This document shows, piece by piece, positions 1 to 12,282 of a DNA stretch of 64,000 bases; within the stretch, counting starts at the first letter, position 1; each line of letters begins with the position of its first letter. A program made the position numbers and the translations under genes. The notes beneath the pieces were generated by a model. That model ran no database searches. It was given only the letters and a program-made list of their open reading frames with translations, and was not told where the DNA came from. This DNA is from Phoronis australis. Taxonomy: Eukaryota > Animalia > Phoronida. The DNA is taken from the NCBI GenBank assembly GCA_002633005.1, contig NMRA01000374.1, positions 284,831-348,830 of the forward strand. Reading direction: 5' to 3'.

Positions 1-253
1 ACATAGTTGATTTTATGTTCGAATGCCCATGGGCATTACCTTTCAAAGGCGTAGCATTCCCAGCGTTACTGTCAATTTTGTTTGTACGTGTACATGCAGT
101 CCTGCGTAGCGTAAGTCTGCTTTTTAATAACAAATTTTCCAGACAAATCTTCAGGGTCATAAGCCAGTTAATCAAAATAAGTCTGCACATTTTGATTGGT
201 CAGAGATGTTGCGAATATATTTCAAGTTTTGAACAGACTCACCATTGACTAAC

Positions 254-1065
254 CTAAGGAAACTTATCATTGTCAAAGGCCGCAATAACAATGCAAATAA
301 TGACGGCAGCTCCACATGCTGTCCCACAACTTTGGTAAGGATAAGTTAGGGAACACCGCAAACTACGACAGGAATGAAGAGGAACATAATGAGTACCTCG
401 ACTACTCAATTCAACACATGCTGGATTGTGAGCCAAAGTTATTTTCCCTATTTTTTTCCTAAAATGCGAAGATGTATAGTAAATCTAGTCATAAAATCTT
501 TAGGAATATCCCAGCCATTAGTATCACAATAAATGAAGCTTTGACTTGACCAAGTGAATACACCAAAAACCCAGTGATTAGCTGATTTACCTTCTTCATT
601 AAAATTTTGGAAAGTTGACCGGTCTGAATTGACACCCACATGAAGCACAAATATGATTTTAAAATCTGATGAACACTGCTTAAGACGAGATTCTATTTCT
701 GTTTTTAATGTATCCAAGCTATCAGTTGAATTGAACAAATGACAAAATACATTTTTGTCCTCCCCATTCACAAAATTTGCAAATTTTGAAATTATTTCAT
801 CATTGATCCACCTGTAACAAGCAAGATCTCCAACATATCTCAACAGCATATTGTAATCCAAAAACTTATCACCAGGTTTGTTGTTCAGTAATATATCTCT
901 GAATTTCAAAATCATGGTTCCGTCAATTGGTTTATTGAATTTGTTATTGAAGAAAGAATCAATATTAGAAAACCAACTGTTTTCTCTGTTTACATTATGT
1001 GAAATCTTTTTTGCCTCATGCAAATTTTGAAAATACTTCAAAGCTTTTTTTTGAAAAAACACCAT
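254..1065 (-). pseudogene. Ulp1/SENP-family (peptidase C48) cysteine protease domain, frameshifted
   Basis: ORF 448-1065 carries DLACYRWINDEIISKF (Ulp1 WLNDEII motif), ANHWVFGV (His codon 574-576) and FIYCDTNG (Asp 523-525). The adjacent ORF 254-436 supplies YPYQSCGTACGAAV (Q-x5-C-G, Cys 314-316). The triad is in H-D-C order, but the frame breaks near 436-448. Confidence 0.8.
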
Positions 1066-1447
1066 AATGGTAATTTCACTGCATTTGAATTAGTTCTCTC
1101 TAATTGCTGAAGAGCATCTATAATCTTATTTTCAGAGGGCACTGAAGCTGACTGCTCAGCATTAGAAATGCTTTCAAGAGAACTTACAGAGCATGGTTGC
1201 AATGGTCTTGCACAATCCACAACAAATGGAAATTTGTATGCACCAATTTCTCGTCAACTTAAAACAGAAGTAATATACGTGTAGTGTTCTCTAGTGACAT
1301 CATAATCACCATCATCGTCACTGATAATCACTTCTGCACCGCCACCCCCATAACACCTTTTGGAAGACATAACATCATGACATGCAATATCCTCAACTAC
1401 ATTCTTAACAATAACATCACAAGCAGCAACTGAAGTAAAGAACCAAC

Positions 1448-1632
1448 GAATAAAAGAAAAAGAAACTAACACCTCAGTAATAAAAGAAAAAGAAACTAAC
1501 ACTCCAATAATAAAAGAAAAAGAAACTAACACCCCTGTATTAAAAGAAAAAGAAACTAACACCTCAGTAATAAAAGAAAAAGGAACTAACACCTCAGTAA
1601 TAAAAGAAAAAGAAACTAACACCTCAGTAATA
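1448..1632. repeat. 30-bp minisatellite, about 6 copies (AATAAAAGAAAAAGAAACTAACACCTCAGT)
   Basis: Directly visible tandem units with few substitutions; it produces the repetitive ORF 1254-1637. Confidence 0.95.
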
Positions 1633-1959
1633 ACCACTTCCTCAACTGCTTTTCAATCATCATGCTGTAAACAAAAGTATGGCAATTTAATGTATATCAT
1701 GCAGGGATAATCAAATGATGTAATACACAGAAAAATCAGGTCCCTAAACTGAGCATAGAATCATACGTTACCAGATTGCCTGTCAGGTGATCCAGTAATT
1801 TGGGAATCTGTGGTTAGGTTTCCCGCTGAGGCACTTGAATTTTCTGTTTTCATGATCATTTGATTTATTCTTCAATATCAGTGTCTACATGATGCTATCA
1901 TAAAGTGATTGTTGCTTGACACTTCCAGGATTAGTAAATCTTGCTACTTTTTCATCAAA

Positions 1960-2290
1960 ACTACGTGGAATAATTAAAGTACTGGTTTCATGGAAAGCAT
2001 AATGTGTAAGTTATATGTTTTTACCAGGAAATCCCAGAAAAGAGCAGGTGCGCCTATTTGTGCAATTATGTGATTTTTTCTAACACCTTGTTTCTCAAAT
2101 GTCCCAAATATAGCAGCATGCATCTAAACTCTATGCTTAATGTTGTATAGTAATGGGATAGCTTATAGACTTACGTAGTGAGCTGACTTCATGTGAGTCA
2201 ATATTCCTGTAAGATCATTGCTACGAAAATGCCTACAAGAATGGCATGATGGCCTATTGACGTGTATATTGGTGGTCTTTGGCTTCCTGC
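1960..2290 (-). pseudogene. Degenerate C2H2-like zinc-finger coding remnant
   Basis: RPSCHSCRHFRSNDLTGILTHMKSAH (C-x2-C...H-x4-H) in ORF 2163-2429. A second broken finger (CTNRRTCSF...HYAFHE) follows downstream, with stops between them. Confidence 0.4.
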
Positions 2291-4944
2291 TCTTCGGTTG
2301 CTTCTTGCTCATCTGATTAAGTACGGGTTGATCTAGTTGTGAGCCATTGATTTCCCGCTGGACATATTCATTCGGAAAATATCTTGAGGAAAAACATGCA
2401 GGGTAATAAGAATGATTACACACTAACAATTACAATTTTCACATACTTATGTCTCATTATTTTTGCTTGTTTTTCTCTGCACTCATGCCCAGAATATGCC
2501 GATATCCGGTAACTTTCAACAAGGTTTGTCAGCATTTTTTGTAAGGTGAGATTATTTAAACTTGAATTACCAATCAGTTAGACCCATTTTGAAGTAACTC
2601 TATACTTTATGAGCAACAAATGGCACCAATCAGATGGCGTAATTAATGTTGCATGGGTTATAAGCTTCAAGATCTTGTAGAAAGTTGTTCGATTATTCTG
2701 TTGAAAATCAAACTTTTTGTTCTATCACTTCAACTGCAACAGGTGTAAATAGTATAAAATAATGTTACATCATGTTCATGCTTCAAAGGAGCTGGGTGCA
2801 TCTTTGATGGTGGTGGCTGAACATCCTCCGACAAGAAGATTTAAATTAGTTAGAACTAGTCATCAATCACCAGAGCTATTCACTTTAAGAAATTAGTAAA
2901 ATCTCAATAAGTATAACTGTCTAAGTGAGAGAGCTTTGTCAATAAGGGAAGAAATTGCAAACATTTTAAACAGAAAATCTTTAGAAGTAAAAAATGAAAG
3001 ATTGCCAAAATCAGATGAAATACCTTCAAGAAAGGAGCTATTCAACAAATGATACATCAGTTTCAAATAAAAAAACGGATTGTCAAGTTATAAACAAAAA
3101 GGTAAGTCAATAAAGTGTCAAAACTATGAGTACTTCAACTGGACATACTTTATAAAACCTTCTTATAAAACCTTACATTGTAAGGATCACAGCTATCCCA
3201 TTCTACATAGAGATGTCAGTGACTGTTCTTCCCGCCTAGGCTGTTTGATTGTATTGGAATGCTCTCTGTAGTTGTAAACCAAACTTAGAGCACACTGCCA
3301 GTACTTGGACAGTCCCACCAGACTGACTGAGTGAATACTGCTCCCCGCAACGTAAAGTTTTATCACGTAAGTCTAGTTAATCCGGTTGAAGTACTCATAA
3401 TTTTGACACTTAAAGTAAAAACGATACACTTGTATGAATCATAACATGTATCATAGTTAAAAATATTAGAGCTCTTGTACTAGGAGCAGTTTCCTATATA
3501 GTTGGAAAATATATATAGTGCTTGCATTAGGCATGGCTTTCACAAGCAGAACAAGCTTAATTTCTTTCACTTTTCATTAATAATTTGTTCACCCCAATCA
3601 TACGGCCATCTGGTAGCAGAATTTTTATGGCACGCATTGTTGCATGCTCGAATTCATTCAGGGGCCATTTGAGGCGTCTGGTGAGTGATGGGGCTTGAGT
3701 CTCAGGCTTCTTGGTTTGTGGTGGTGGTGGTGGCACTGGTTGCCCATACGTCGCTGCCCACATGCGTGATGGTATGAGAAACACTTTATTCTAAAACTAA
3801 AAATGAAAACCTTTTCCATAGAAAAATATTGGAGACTAAATTGCTTCCAAGTCACTATAGTTAACAAACTTAAGACTGCTCAAGATAATATGCATCTCAG
3901 GTTATATGAGCAGCCAGTACAGATAAGTGTACGTGCTTGACTATAAAAGTCCTGAAAAGACCTTAACGTATGTATATCTAAAAGTTTTATTAATTGGTTA
4001 TGCTAATTTGCTGGTTTAACAGCAGGGGTAATCCCTATTTATGCCAATATAATGATGAAATTGACTTGAAAAAAGTGAGGAATAAAGAATACTAGCAAGT
4101 AGAAGCAGTATTAGTTAACCTTAAACAACACCTGAAACATCATCAATGAGCCTACGACTTACCCCCATCGCCCGACAGTTGTCAAAAAGAGACGAGACAC
4201 CTGGCTTGCGTTGATGAACAGGAAACTGCAATATGAGTAGTAACTCTAGGTCAGCAGGTGTGTGTACCAGGGGGAGGAGATGTGACCCTCAAAAGTGTGA
4301 CTTTTTGATGACAAAACCTCTCCGAAAGATACTACTATCAACAAAATAGTCTCCAAAGGGGTACATTGTATGAGTTTATGGAACAAAACTGTCTAAATAT
4401 ATGACTTTTCACACTAACTATAAATTGTACCTCACTGCTCGGTTATTCAGTGATTTAATATGTTTCTTTTTTATAAAACTGTTTCGCCTAATCAACAGAT
4501 TCAGTGATTGGCTTAGATTTGTCTCTATTACATACAAACATACATCTTTATTTACACTCATGCGTTCACTAATACAAACATTAGCAAACTGCTAGTACCA
4601 TGAAGCAACGTATTAAAATGACAACAAAAAACAAGGAGTATTTACCAATGTACAAATACATAAAAAGATCAAAAGACACTAATAATGGAGAAGCTGACTA
4701 ACAAAAACTTACATAACCTAGACCGCTGAAAAGTATAGTAAGGTGTGTGCATAGTAAAAAAATAATAGATCTCGATAAACACATGTATATAATGACAACA
4801 CTGAGATACAATATGAACTGGACATATGCATTTACCATAAAAGTAGCAGATACACAACTGTAATGTTTGACCAAAGGCATTACAACCAGTTCAATGCCCT
4901 TGCATCACTCTTCTCGCGCCTAAGAAAAATTTGACTCCAAGAAA

Positions 4945-5835
4945 CGTAAGTCGCCACCTCTGGTGAGCCCTAATAAGGTCACACCGGTGGATCAAAGTTG
5001 GAAAATTGGGGGGAGTCTGTGATGTTGGCCTTAAACCTTGACCCCAGTTGAGAGAGGGGCCTACAAGTAAGAAGCGTTTGAAAACTTGCACTTTACTATG
5101 CTTTGAAAATGTCCTGGTTTGGTAGTCTTCAGTTTATTGGTCAAGAAGATATGACTTCCCAAAGTATAGTTCAATTTGGAACAACGTTTCTGATAGTTTG
5201 AAAAGGGGTACGTCAATTTGGGGCACTCCTGGGCCCTTACTAAGACTAGAAAAATACGATATGTACATTTTTAGAAAGAAGACACAAGGGGCTATCAGAT
5301 GCCAAAAGAATTTTTGAAATCGAAAACAAAATAATTTTGGACCCAAAAAGGACCCTTGGGTGGGTCACTTTGGTCGGCCACTATGACCTAATTAGTGGGC
5401 CGATCACGCTGAAACTTGGAGGCTGACCATTTGGAAGATTGGCCTTTCAAATAAAAACAGAAAGTTTAAAATCGAAGTCAACAAGCTTTTCGACCAAAAA
5501 ACCTAAGCCTAGTCCAGGGTTTTTTGGGGGACGAAAAATTTTTTGTCTCCAATTTCAAAAATGCTTTCTCAGATAGACATGGAATGCTGAGAAACTAAAC
5601 GCCACCAAATTTGAGTTCGATTAGATCATTAATAAGGTCACATGACAGGATCAAAGTTAAAAAACGTCATTTTTAGACCTAAAAATTTTTTTACCTCGAT
5701 TTCGTAAGTCGCTACCTCTGGTGAGCCCTGATATGGTCACACCGGTGGATCAAAGTTGGAAAATTGGGGGGAGTCTGTGACGTTGACCTTAAACCTTGAC
5801 CCCGAAGGAGAGAGGGGCCTACAAATAAGAAATTT
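4945..5835. repeat. Interspersed repeat with a ~125-bp direct repeat (about 4945-5075 and 5703-5835)
   Basis: CGTAAGTCGC(C/T)ACCTCTGGTGAGCCCT...GAGAGGGGCCTACAA occurs twice; a partial third copy is near 5630. Confidence 0.8.
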
Positions 5836-7314
5836 TTAAGCATTAGGTGCCATCTAAACATTAACTTGTATTGTTGAGCAATAAGACGTCTGGTTGTAGG
5901 TGAAAGGTGATATAAATCCAGCATTTATTAAAAAGTTTATAAACTTAAAAGTGCTTTTGAAAAATCAGTAAGATTTTTTCATCACAGCCATAAGGACTTT
6001 CCATGCTGTACCTTACAAAAAACCTAGGGTAATCCATTACAGTTGACATGTATGCATTGGGCTGATGAGTATGATGAATAGGCTTATGAACTTTTAAGTG
6101 ACACTGACGTGACTTTTCATCTAAAACTAACAGTTTTGCTAAGTCATGGGCGGTGCACCATAGGGCCGGGCTGAGGGGCTATGTCTTCTGAGGTTGTGTC
6201 AGTGAGCATCAATGCAAGGTGGGGAACAATCAAGGTAACGTGTAATCATTTCGAAAGTTGGGTATATAGGCATTGGTTGTGTTTGCTTATATATATGTTC
6301 GTAGTAATTCTTGGAAGCTCCTGATTTTGAAATTTCATATCATTACAGGTCAATAATTCGCAAGTATCACTTGCCTCATCCGTGCACTCAGCCTAAAATA
6401 TGGGGGGTGCTCAAATTTTTGGGCATGTGGACCTTTTACTAAAAAACCGGGGTATGTTCAGAGCTGTGCACTGTGCATTTCCGAATTACAGATTTTTAGT
6501 GGACTTTTGTCTCGTTTTCTCAGTTTTTTGTTTCTATGAGGCTGACCTTGTCATGCCCACATCGGCAAGTGAGGGGAGCTCGTTCGAGCCTCCGCTGGGT
6601 GCACGCATGTGCCTGGATCTCAAAATTAAGAATCACCAATGTAACTATTGCATTGCCTATTTTGACTGATTTGCTCAGGTTTGTCTGGAGGATCTAGATT
6701 ATTGAGTGCGAAAGGACATCCTGGTCCCTGTTACTAGTACCCTATCTGGAATACCCCCCGGCATAGGTCAAAATGTACCCAAATTAACTCTCATCAGTCA
6801 ACATGATAACTATTGTTACGCACAGTGAAACTTGCATAATTCTGGTCTAATTGAACCAAATTATTCAACGCAAATTAGGAAAATCTGCGCGATTTGACTT
6901 AGGGATTGAGTACGTGATTTCGAATTTTTAGCGGGTTGTGGAATACTAGAATGGCGCAAAAGTTTGCTATATTCAGACTTGCAATTTTCACATTTAATGC
7001 AAGTTCGACTGGTTTTATTGAAATCAAATATTTCAGTGTCAGGGTGAAAGTGATAGCTAATCTGGATTCAACTTGACCTAGGAGTTGAGTTGATTTAAAT
7101 ATGTACTAACTAGAATGATATCCCTATGTCTGTAGGGGCATATTCTTTTCCCTCTAGAAACTTGCTTGGAACCTCAATTTAATGTCTTTGCAAATGTCAA
7201 ACAGTAAAGTGATTGGTAGGAGTACATGATATATGTACATGAGATAATAAATTTATTTTACTGTAAACTATTATGGTTACGTAAGACCCTTCGTGAAGAC
7301 TATGCCAATGTATT

Positions 7315-7470
7315 CAATGGTGGATTCAGAGGGCGGCTAAGGGGGCCATGGCCCCGGCCCCCTTAAAATTCTACAAGATTCCATTTGGCAGTTGGGGGGT
7401 GAATGTCTGACGGGCAAAACCCTACCTAATACTCTGCCCTAGCCCCCACTCAAAATCCTGGATCCGCCCG
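7315..7470. mobile_element. Small MITE-like element with GGCGGATCCAG-type inverted ends
   Basis: Starts CAATGGTGGATTCAGAGGG and ends CCTGGATCCGCCCG (imperfect inverted repeat) around a GC-rich core. Confidence 0.5.
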
Positions 7471-8370
7471 ACCGCCCGTGATCTTTACGTAGATAACATT
7501 CCCTGTAAACGGGTTATGCCTGGATTCTTAAGAAGCTATCATATACTGTTATGTTTGCTCATATCTCATTGTTTTCAGGTCTCTATTAACTTGGTGGAGT
7601 ACTTAGAAGAACATCCAAACATTTGCATCAAACAATCACCCAGGGGTGGTATTGGGCTGTTTACATCCACATGGCAGGTAGAGTTTCATACGTTTTATTG
7701 TTTAGTTAAAAATAGTGCTGCTATCAGAGTTTGAATTTGAAACAATATGAAATATGTCCTTGGTTTAGCCAATGTGCGTATAAGCTTTAACAAGCTCACA
7801 GATTCTTGTAGCCATTTGGTCGAGTCAATGTAAATCTTCTTGGCTTTGCTATAAGTTCCAACAAGTACACGTAAAAGTATACATGTGAGATTCAACTTTC
7901 AGTTCTTACCCCGGTTGTGCCTGTATGTCCATGTAACATTACTAAGGAGACATTTCAGTTCTATGCTGGAGACAGCTAGTTAGATTACAATTAGCTCTGC
8001 CCAGTATGTAGGGTTGTGCATTGTCTTATCTGACTAATCAAATAAACAATGAAAAGTTCATAAAAATAATGGTAATAGTAGTTTATTGCAGTTGCCAACA
8101 GTTTCATCATCTGATAATAATATTGCTTAATTCGTCATAAAACTTGAAATAAAAAGTAACAGAATGCCTTACCTGGTTAGCCTGAAGTCCAACGCTTATT
8201 AACTCATTAAAGGAGAATGTCACCCGATTTAATTAGTCCTTTTTACCGTCTTAATCGGTCTATATCCACATCGCCACTTATACGGTCGACCTCACCTTGC
8301 CGAGAGGTGTCGCGTTAACCTGTGAGGAAGGTGAGAAACGATGCAGTGACGTCAGTGGTTCGTCTGCAGA

Positions 8371-8600
8371 GTGAATACCGCTACATTGCGGTGCATCGTT
8401 CCCGCTTGTCCGAACTACGACCCTGAGAAGAAAGCGGGCGTATTGTTTTACGACTTCCTCGAGAGCCCTATACTTAGGAAGTGGCTCGCGGTAGTGAAGA
8501 ATGAAAAGTACGCTGTTAACAGCAAATATGAGGCCGTGAAACATTTCCGTGTCTGTTGCCGGCATTTCGTCGATACTGATTTCTCTGACGAATTCCGGTT
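8371..8600 (+). pseudogene. THAP zinc-finger remnant (N-terminus of Kolobok-like transposase)
   Basis: CIVPAC...LFYDFL...RKWL...VCCRHF matches the C2CH THAP signature. Copy 2 retains GCCATG-GTGTGGTGT (MVWCVVPACSNYE) at about 14844. Confidence 0.8.
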
Positions 8601-9700
8601 TACCAAAGAACTATCCATACGTTCCGTTGCCTGTGCATGTTCACGGCTCCTCTCTAGTATTTCTTGATCAGTGTATTCCGGTTCGAACTGATAGCATGTG
8701 AAACCTAACGATCCGACCTGTGAAGTCTTCGTCGGATGAGCTCTTGACTAAGTCGGGATTGGCGCCGGGCGAGTTGCCATGTAGACGTATATTATTCTGG
8801 GTTCTGTTTCAAAATGAATTAATCTCACACTAACCAATGCTTATATAAAACCGAAACAAAGTCTGTCTCATTAAACACAATTTGTAATGCCTTTGCAGTA
8901 TTCGTGAGTGCAAATGTTGAGAAGCCAGCAATGAATAAACCACTGCATGCGTTACCGGCTTTAGATGCCGGCAATAAAGGTAATTGACCGGGCACCGAGA
9001 CCGTGTGAGCGCATTCTAATTCAGTGTTTGCTGACAGAAAGTAGTTGTGAAACAATTACTCGATTTTATATGCTATGGTCACATATTAAGGGAATCTTAA
9101 TTTAGAAATACAAATGCATTATTCCAATCATTGTTACTGTACAACCTTTGCCCTGACGGCCTGTGGAAGGGGAACCCGACTTCGCGGCCCCCGACAAGTA
9201 AGTAGATTTTCAGTTTCGTGGCTAATTCACATAAATAATTACGTGCAAATTATTTCTTTGGCTCACTATTATAATATTTTCGTGACTGGAGGTTTATGTT
9301 CGTGCCAGTCCCGGCGGCCGCGACGGGCCTGATCGGGTTCCGAGCCACTGGCCGGGATAGTCAGTCCGGCCGCGACGGTCCTGGATCGGATTCCCAGCCA
9401 TTGGCCGTGATAACAAGCGTTTTGTGCGTTTAGAACTAAAAAATCACAAGTCTTAACAACACAGATCTAGGTTCTTCTGTCTGCATTTCACGGAAGAATA
9501 CTTCTAATTTATCTCCGAACAGACCCCAAATTCCTGCTACGGACCTTGGTAAATTGGCCTGCCAATAAGGCTACGGTGTGTCCAAATACCATTAAATCCG
9601 TAACAGCGAAATAAAACAACACGTTTTTATAAGAACTCGGTGTATTTTTAAGGGTTTTACATCGAAGTTTGATGATTTATAGGTGAATTCAAGCGATAAG

Positions 9701-9918
9701 CATGGGCGCGCACCATAGGGAGCTGGGGGCTAAAGCCATCCACTTTTTTCAGTGCTACGCTGTACATGGTCTATAGGCGATGAACCACAGGGGGGCTGAG
9801 GGGGTTTTAGCCCCCCAATTTTTTCAGTGCTACGCCGCACATAGTCTATAAGCGGTGCACCACAAGGGAGCTGAGGCGGCTTTAGCCCCCCGCTTTTTTC
9901 AGTGCTGCGCCGCCCCTG
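9701..9918. mobile_element. GC-rich MITE (CATGGGCG...CGCCCCTG) nested in Kolobok-like copy 1
   Basis: Inverted termini and three ~67-bp internal tandem units. It is absent from the homologous site in copy 2 (GATAAGCTGACACC, about 15568). Confidence 0.75.
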
Positions 9919-10673
9919 ACACCAGTAACCTGTGTTGTGAACTGCTGAACAGACTGCGTGAGAAACCACTGACGTCATTGGATAATTTCAATACCTCCGT
10001 CTGCCGTCAGAGGTCAGGTAACGCAACCGTACGTGGCGTTATCGAGTAGAACTACTCGTTCTAAATTGATACAATATGTTATTTTGGGGGCATTCTCCTT
10101 TAAGTTTTGTCATATACACGGTTTGCTCTAGATTGTGATAGCATGGTAGGTGACCATGTGCATATTTTGTATTCAAGTTGTGTATAATAAAATTGTTTTG
10201 AATGTCGTGAATCCAGGATTAAAACTCCATTCAAAACACTAAGTGGAAAATTGACCCACTGCAGTGCATGCTTGGAGTAAACTTGCAGACTAGTGTTGCA
10301 CTTGAATCCTGGAGAGTGATTGGTTAAGTTTTGAGGCTCTGTATATAAGTCAGTAAGTTTTACATATCAGTGTTGTATAAACAGCACGATAAATATCCAG
10401 TAAGTTAAGTTGTCTTATACTGATAGCTTTTACCCGTCTGTTATTGAATTTTGTTGTCTTTATTGCAGAGTGTGTCTTCAACAATCGTTGGATAATAAAG
10501 GCTACCCAGACAACACAACGTACGCACTTATGAACTGCAGATCATGAACCTATGAATTCAGTTATCTGAGCTCAGAAACGCGCGTTTATAGTCACAAAAC
10601 ATGGATTATTTGCCTGTGAAGCTAAGCGAGCAGATCCAACTAAACAAGATTAAGTGGTTTGTGGTCTAGAATA

Positions 10674-12282
10674 GGGCCTTTTCACATTGACCTAACTCCT
10701 GTCTGAGCGGAGCGTTGACGTATACTGCGAAGTTAACTGGACCGTTCGTTCTGGCTTCGGTAATTAATAAACTTCGAAGTAAACAGTAGGTGACGCTGTC
10801 GTGATTGAAGGTATCGCAAGGTAGTGCTGCACGCTAAGATGTGACAATTTGGGAACATTTACGTGTGTTTATTGACATAAAAATTATTACTTGGCGAAAT
10901 AAATTTCGCCAAGTATGTTGCTCTTCCACTAAGTTTTTTTTTGTTTATTCGCACGATACAGGTCGCAATTTTCGTCCGATCATCACGAAATTTACACATA
11001 ACACGTACTTCCGGAAATACTGGAAGCCTATTGTTTTTCGTCAAAATCGGATCCAAGATGGCGGCTGTGGCGGCCATTTTGTTTCCATTTAAAGGTTCAA
11101 ATGCTTATGGAGGCTACAATTTTTTACGGAAAAGGCTAAGAATCGGCACAGTAAATGGACCGGAAGTTTGCTACAAGTATGCCGGAAATTGTTTACTTCC
11201 GGTTAAAGATGGCGGAAATATCGGCGATTGCGCATNCATGCTATTATACAAAACCAAAAAACCGGAAGTTGCTTTCAAGATGGCGGATCTGGCGCATGTT
11301 GACCCATTTTCAGTCGTGCTGGAGTGCGATTTTAAACGGGAAGAGAAAAAGACGTGATTTTTTGCATGTGGATTCTTTGAAGTATGTTCTTTCAAATGGC
11401 CTGTAACAATTTTTTTCTCAGACTTACCGTTTTCGAGTTATTTGACTTTGAATTTCTTTAAAAAAACGCAAAATTTCATTTTTTTCGAAAAATTTACGGA
11501 ATTAGGCGATACCATCAGTTTAGATAGAATTTTGAACGGGCTTTCAGAAGATGGTTTCCATTCTTCGCTAGGACGTCTACTTTTGGAGTTATTTGAGATT
11601 TTCTGATAACGCTGTTCCTTTGTTGAGCGCTCTTGCTGCATTGATGTTGGTTTATCTTCTATTGAAGTAGACTGTAGCCTATTTCTTATTGATTTATGAC
11701 ATCTAAGTTCGTCATATGAATGTTGTGATGTTGTTCATCATCCCCACCACCATCATCATATTCGTCATCATCGTCATCATCTTCGTCATCATCTCCGTCG
11801 TTGTCTTTTCCGTTAATTTCGCCAAGTGTCGCACTAGACTATAGCCTTTTTCTTACTGATTTCGGACTTCTACGTTCGTCATGTGTATGTTATTGTTACT
11901 TCATTTGTTCATCCTCGCCACCATCGTCGTCATATTCGTCATCTTCGTCATCATCTTTATCGTCATCTTTTTGGTTAATTTCGCCAAGTTTCGCTCCTCA
12001 GAGCGCTTTCATTTTTAAATCGATTGGTGATTATTAGAGCAAGATATAAGCAACTATTGATGACCACACTTCTCTGATATCAGTGGCCCTTGGCAATAAC
12101 TTCGATAGGACCGAAGTTGATCGTTCATACTGCACCGCAACGTTGACGCTAAGCACTTAGATCCACCTGTTTAATGCGATGTTAACTGGCGCTGTTAACT
12201 TCGATCCAGGACCGAAGTTAAGCATTCATACTGACAGTAACTCCCAAAAACATTGATGCGTGGATGTTAGTATGAAAGTCCC
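10674..12282. mobile_element. PIF/Harbinger-like MITE (copy 1), interrupted by a nested element
   Basis: TIRs GGGCCTTTTCACATTGAC and GTTAGTATGAAAGTCCC, flanked by TA. Homologous to the uninterrupted copy at 16028-16487. The superfamily call is tentative. Confidence 0.7.
10890..12010 (+). mobile_element. Non-autonomous Helentron-type (HINE/DINE-1-like) element
   Basis: 5' palindrome CTTGGCGAAAT-AA-ATTTCGCCAAG, 3' sub-TIR ATTTCGCCAAG (11978-11988) then hairpin CGCTC-CTCA-GAGCG, and internal TCA/TCG microsatellites. Inserted in a T-rich site without a clear target duplication. Confidence 0.7.

Larger units (their letters stand above)
8211..10099 (+). mobile_element. Non-autonomous Kolobok-like DNA transposon, copy 1
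   Basis: TTAA target duplication (8207-8210 and 10100-10103). TIRs AGGAGAATGTCACCC and GGGGGCATTCTCCT. Subterminal TGACGTCA motifs and an internal THAP remnant. A second copy lies at 14672-15762. Confidence 0.85.

Noticed and set aside
1254-1637. 127-aa ORF with ITEVLVSFSF repeats as a membrane protein
   Set aside because: It is a translation of the 30-bp minisatellite inside a decayed locus, with no independent gene support.
10841-11406. Cluster of ORFs similar to ORFs at 26230-26884, suggesting a gene family
   Set aside because: The similarity comes from two copies of a non-coding Helentron-type repeat.
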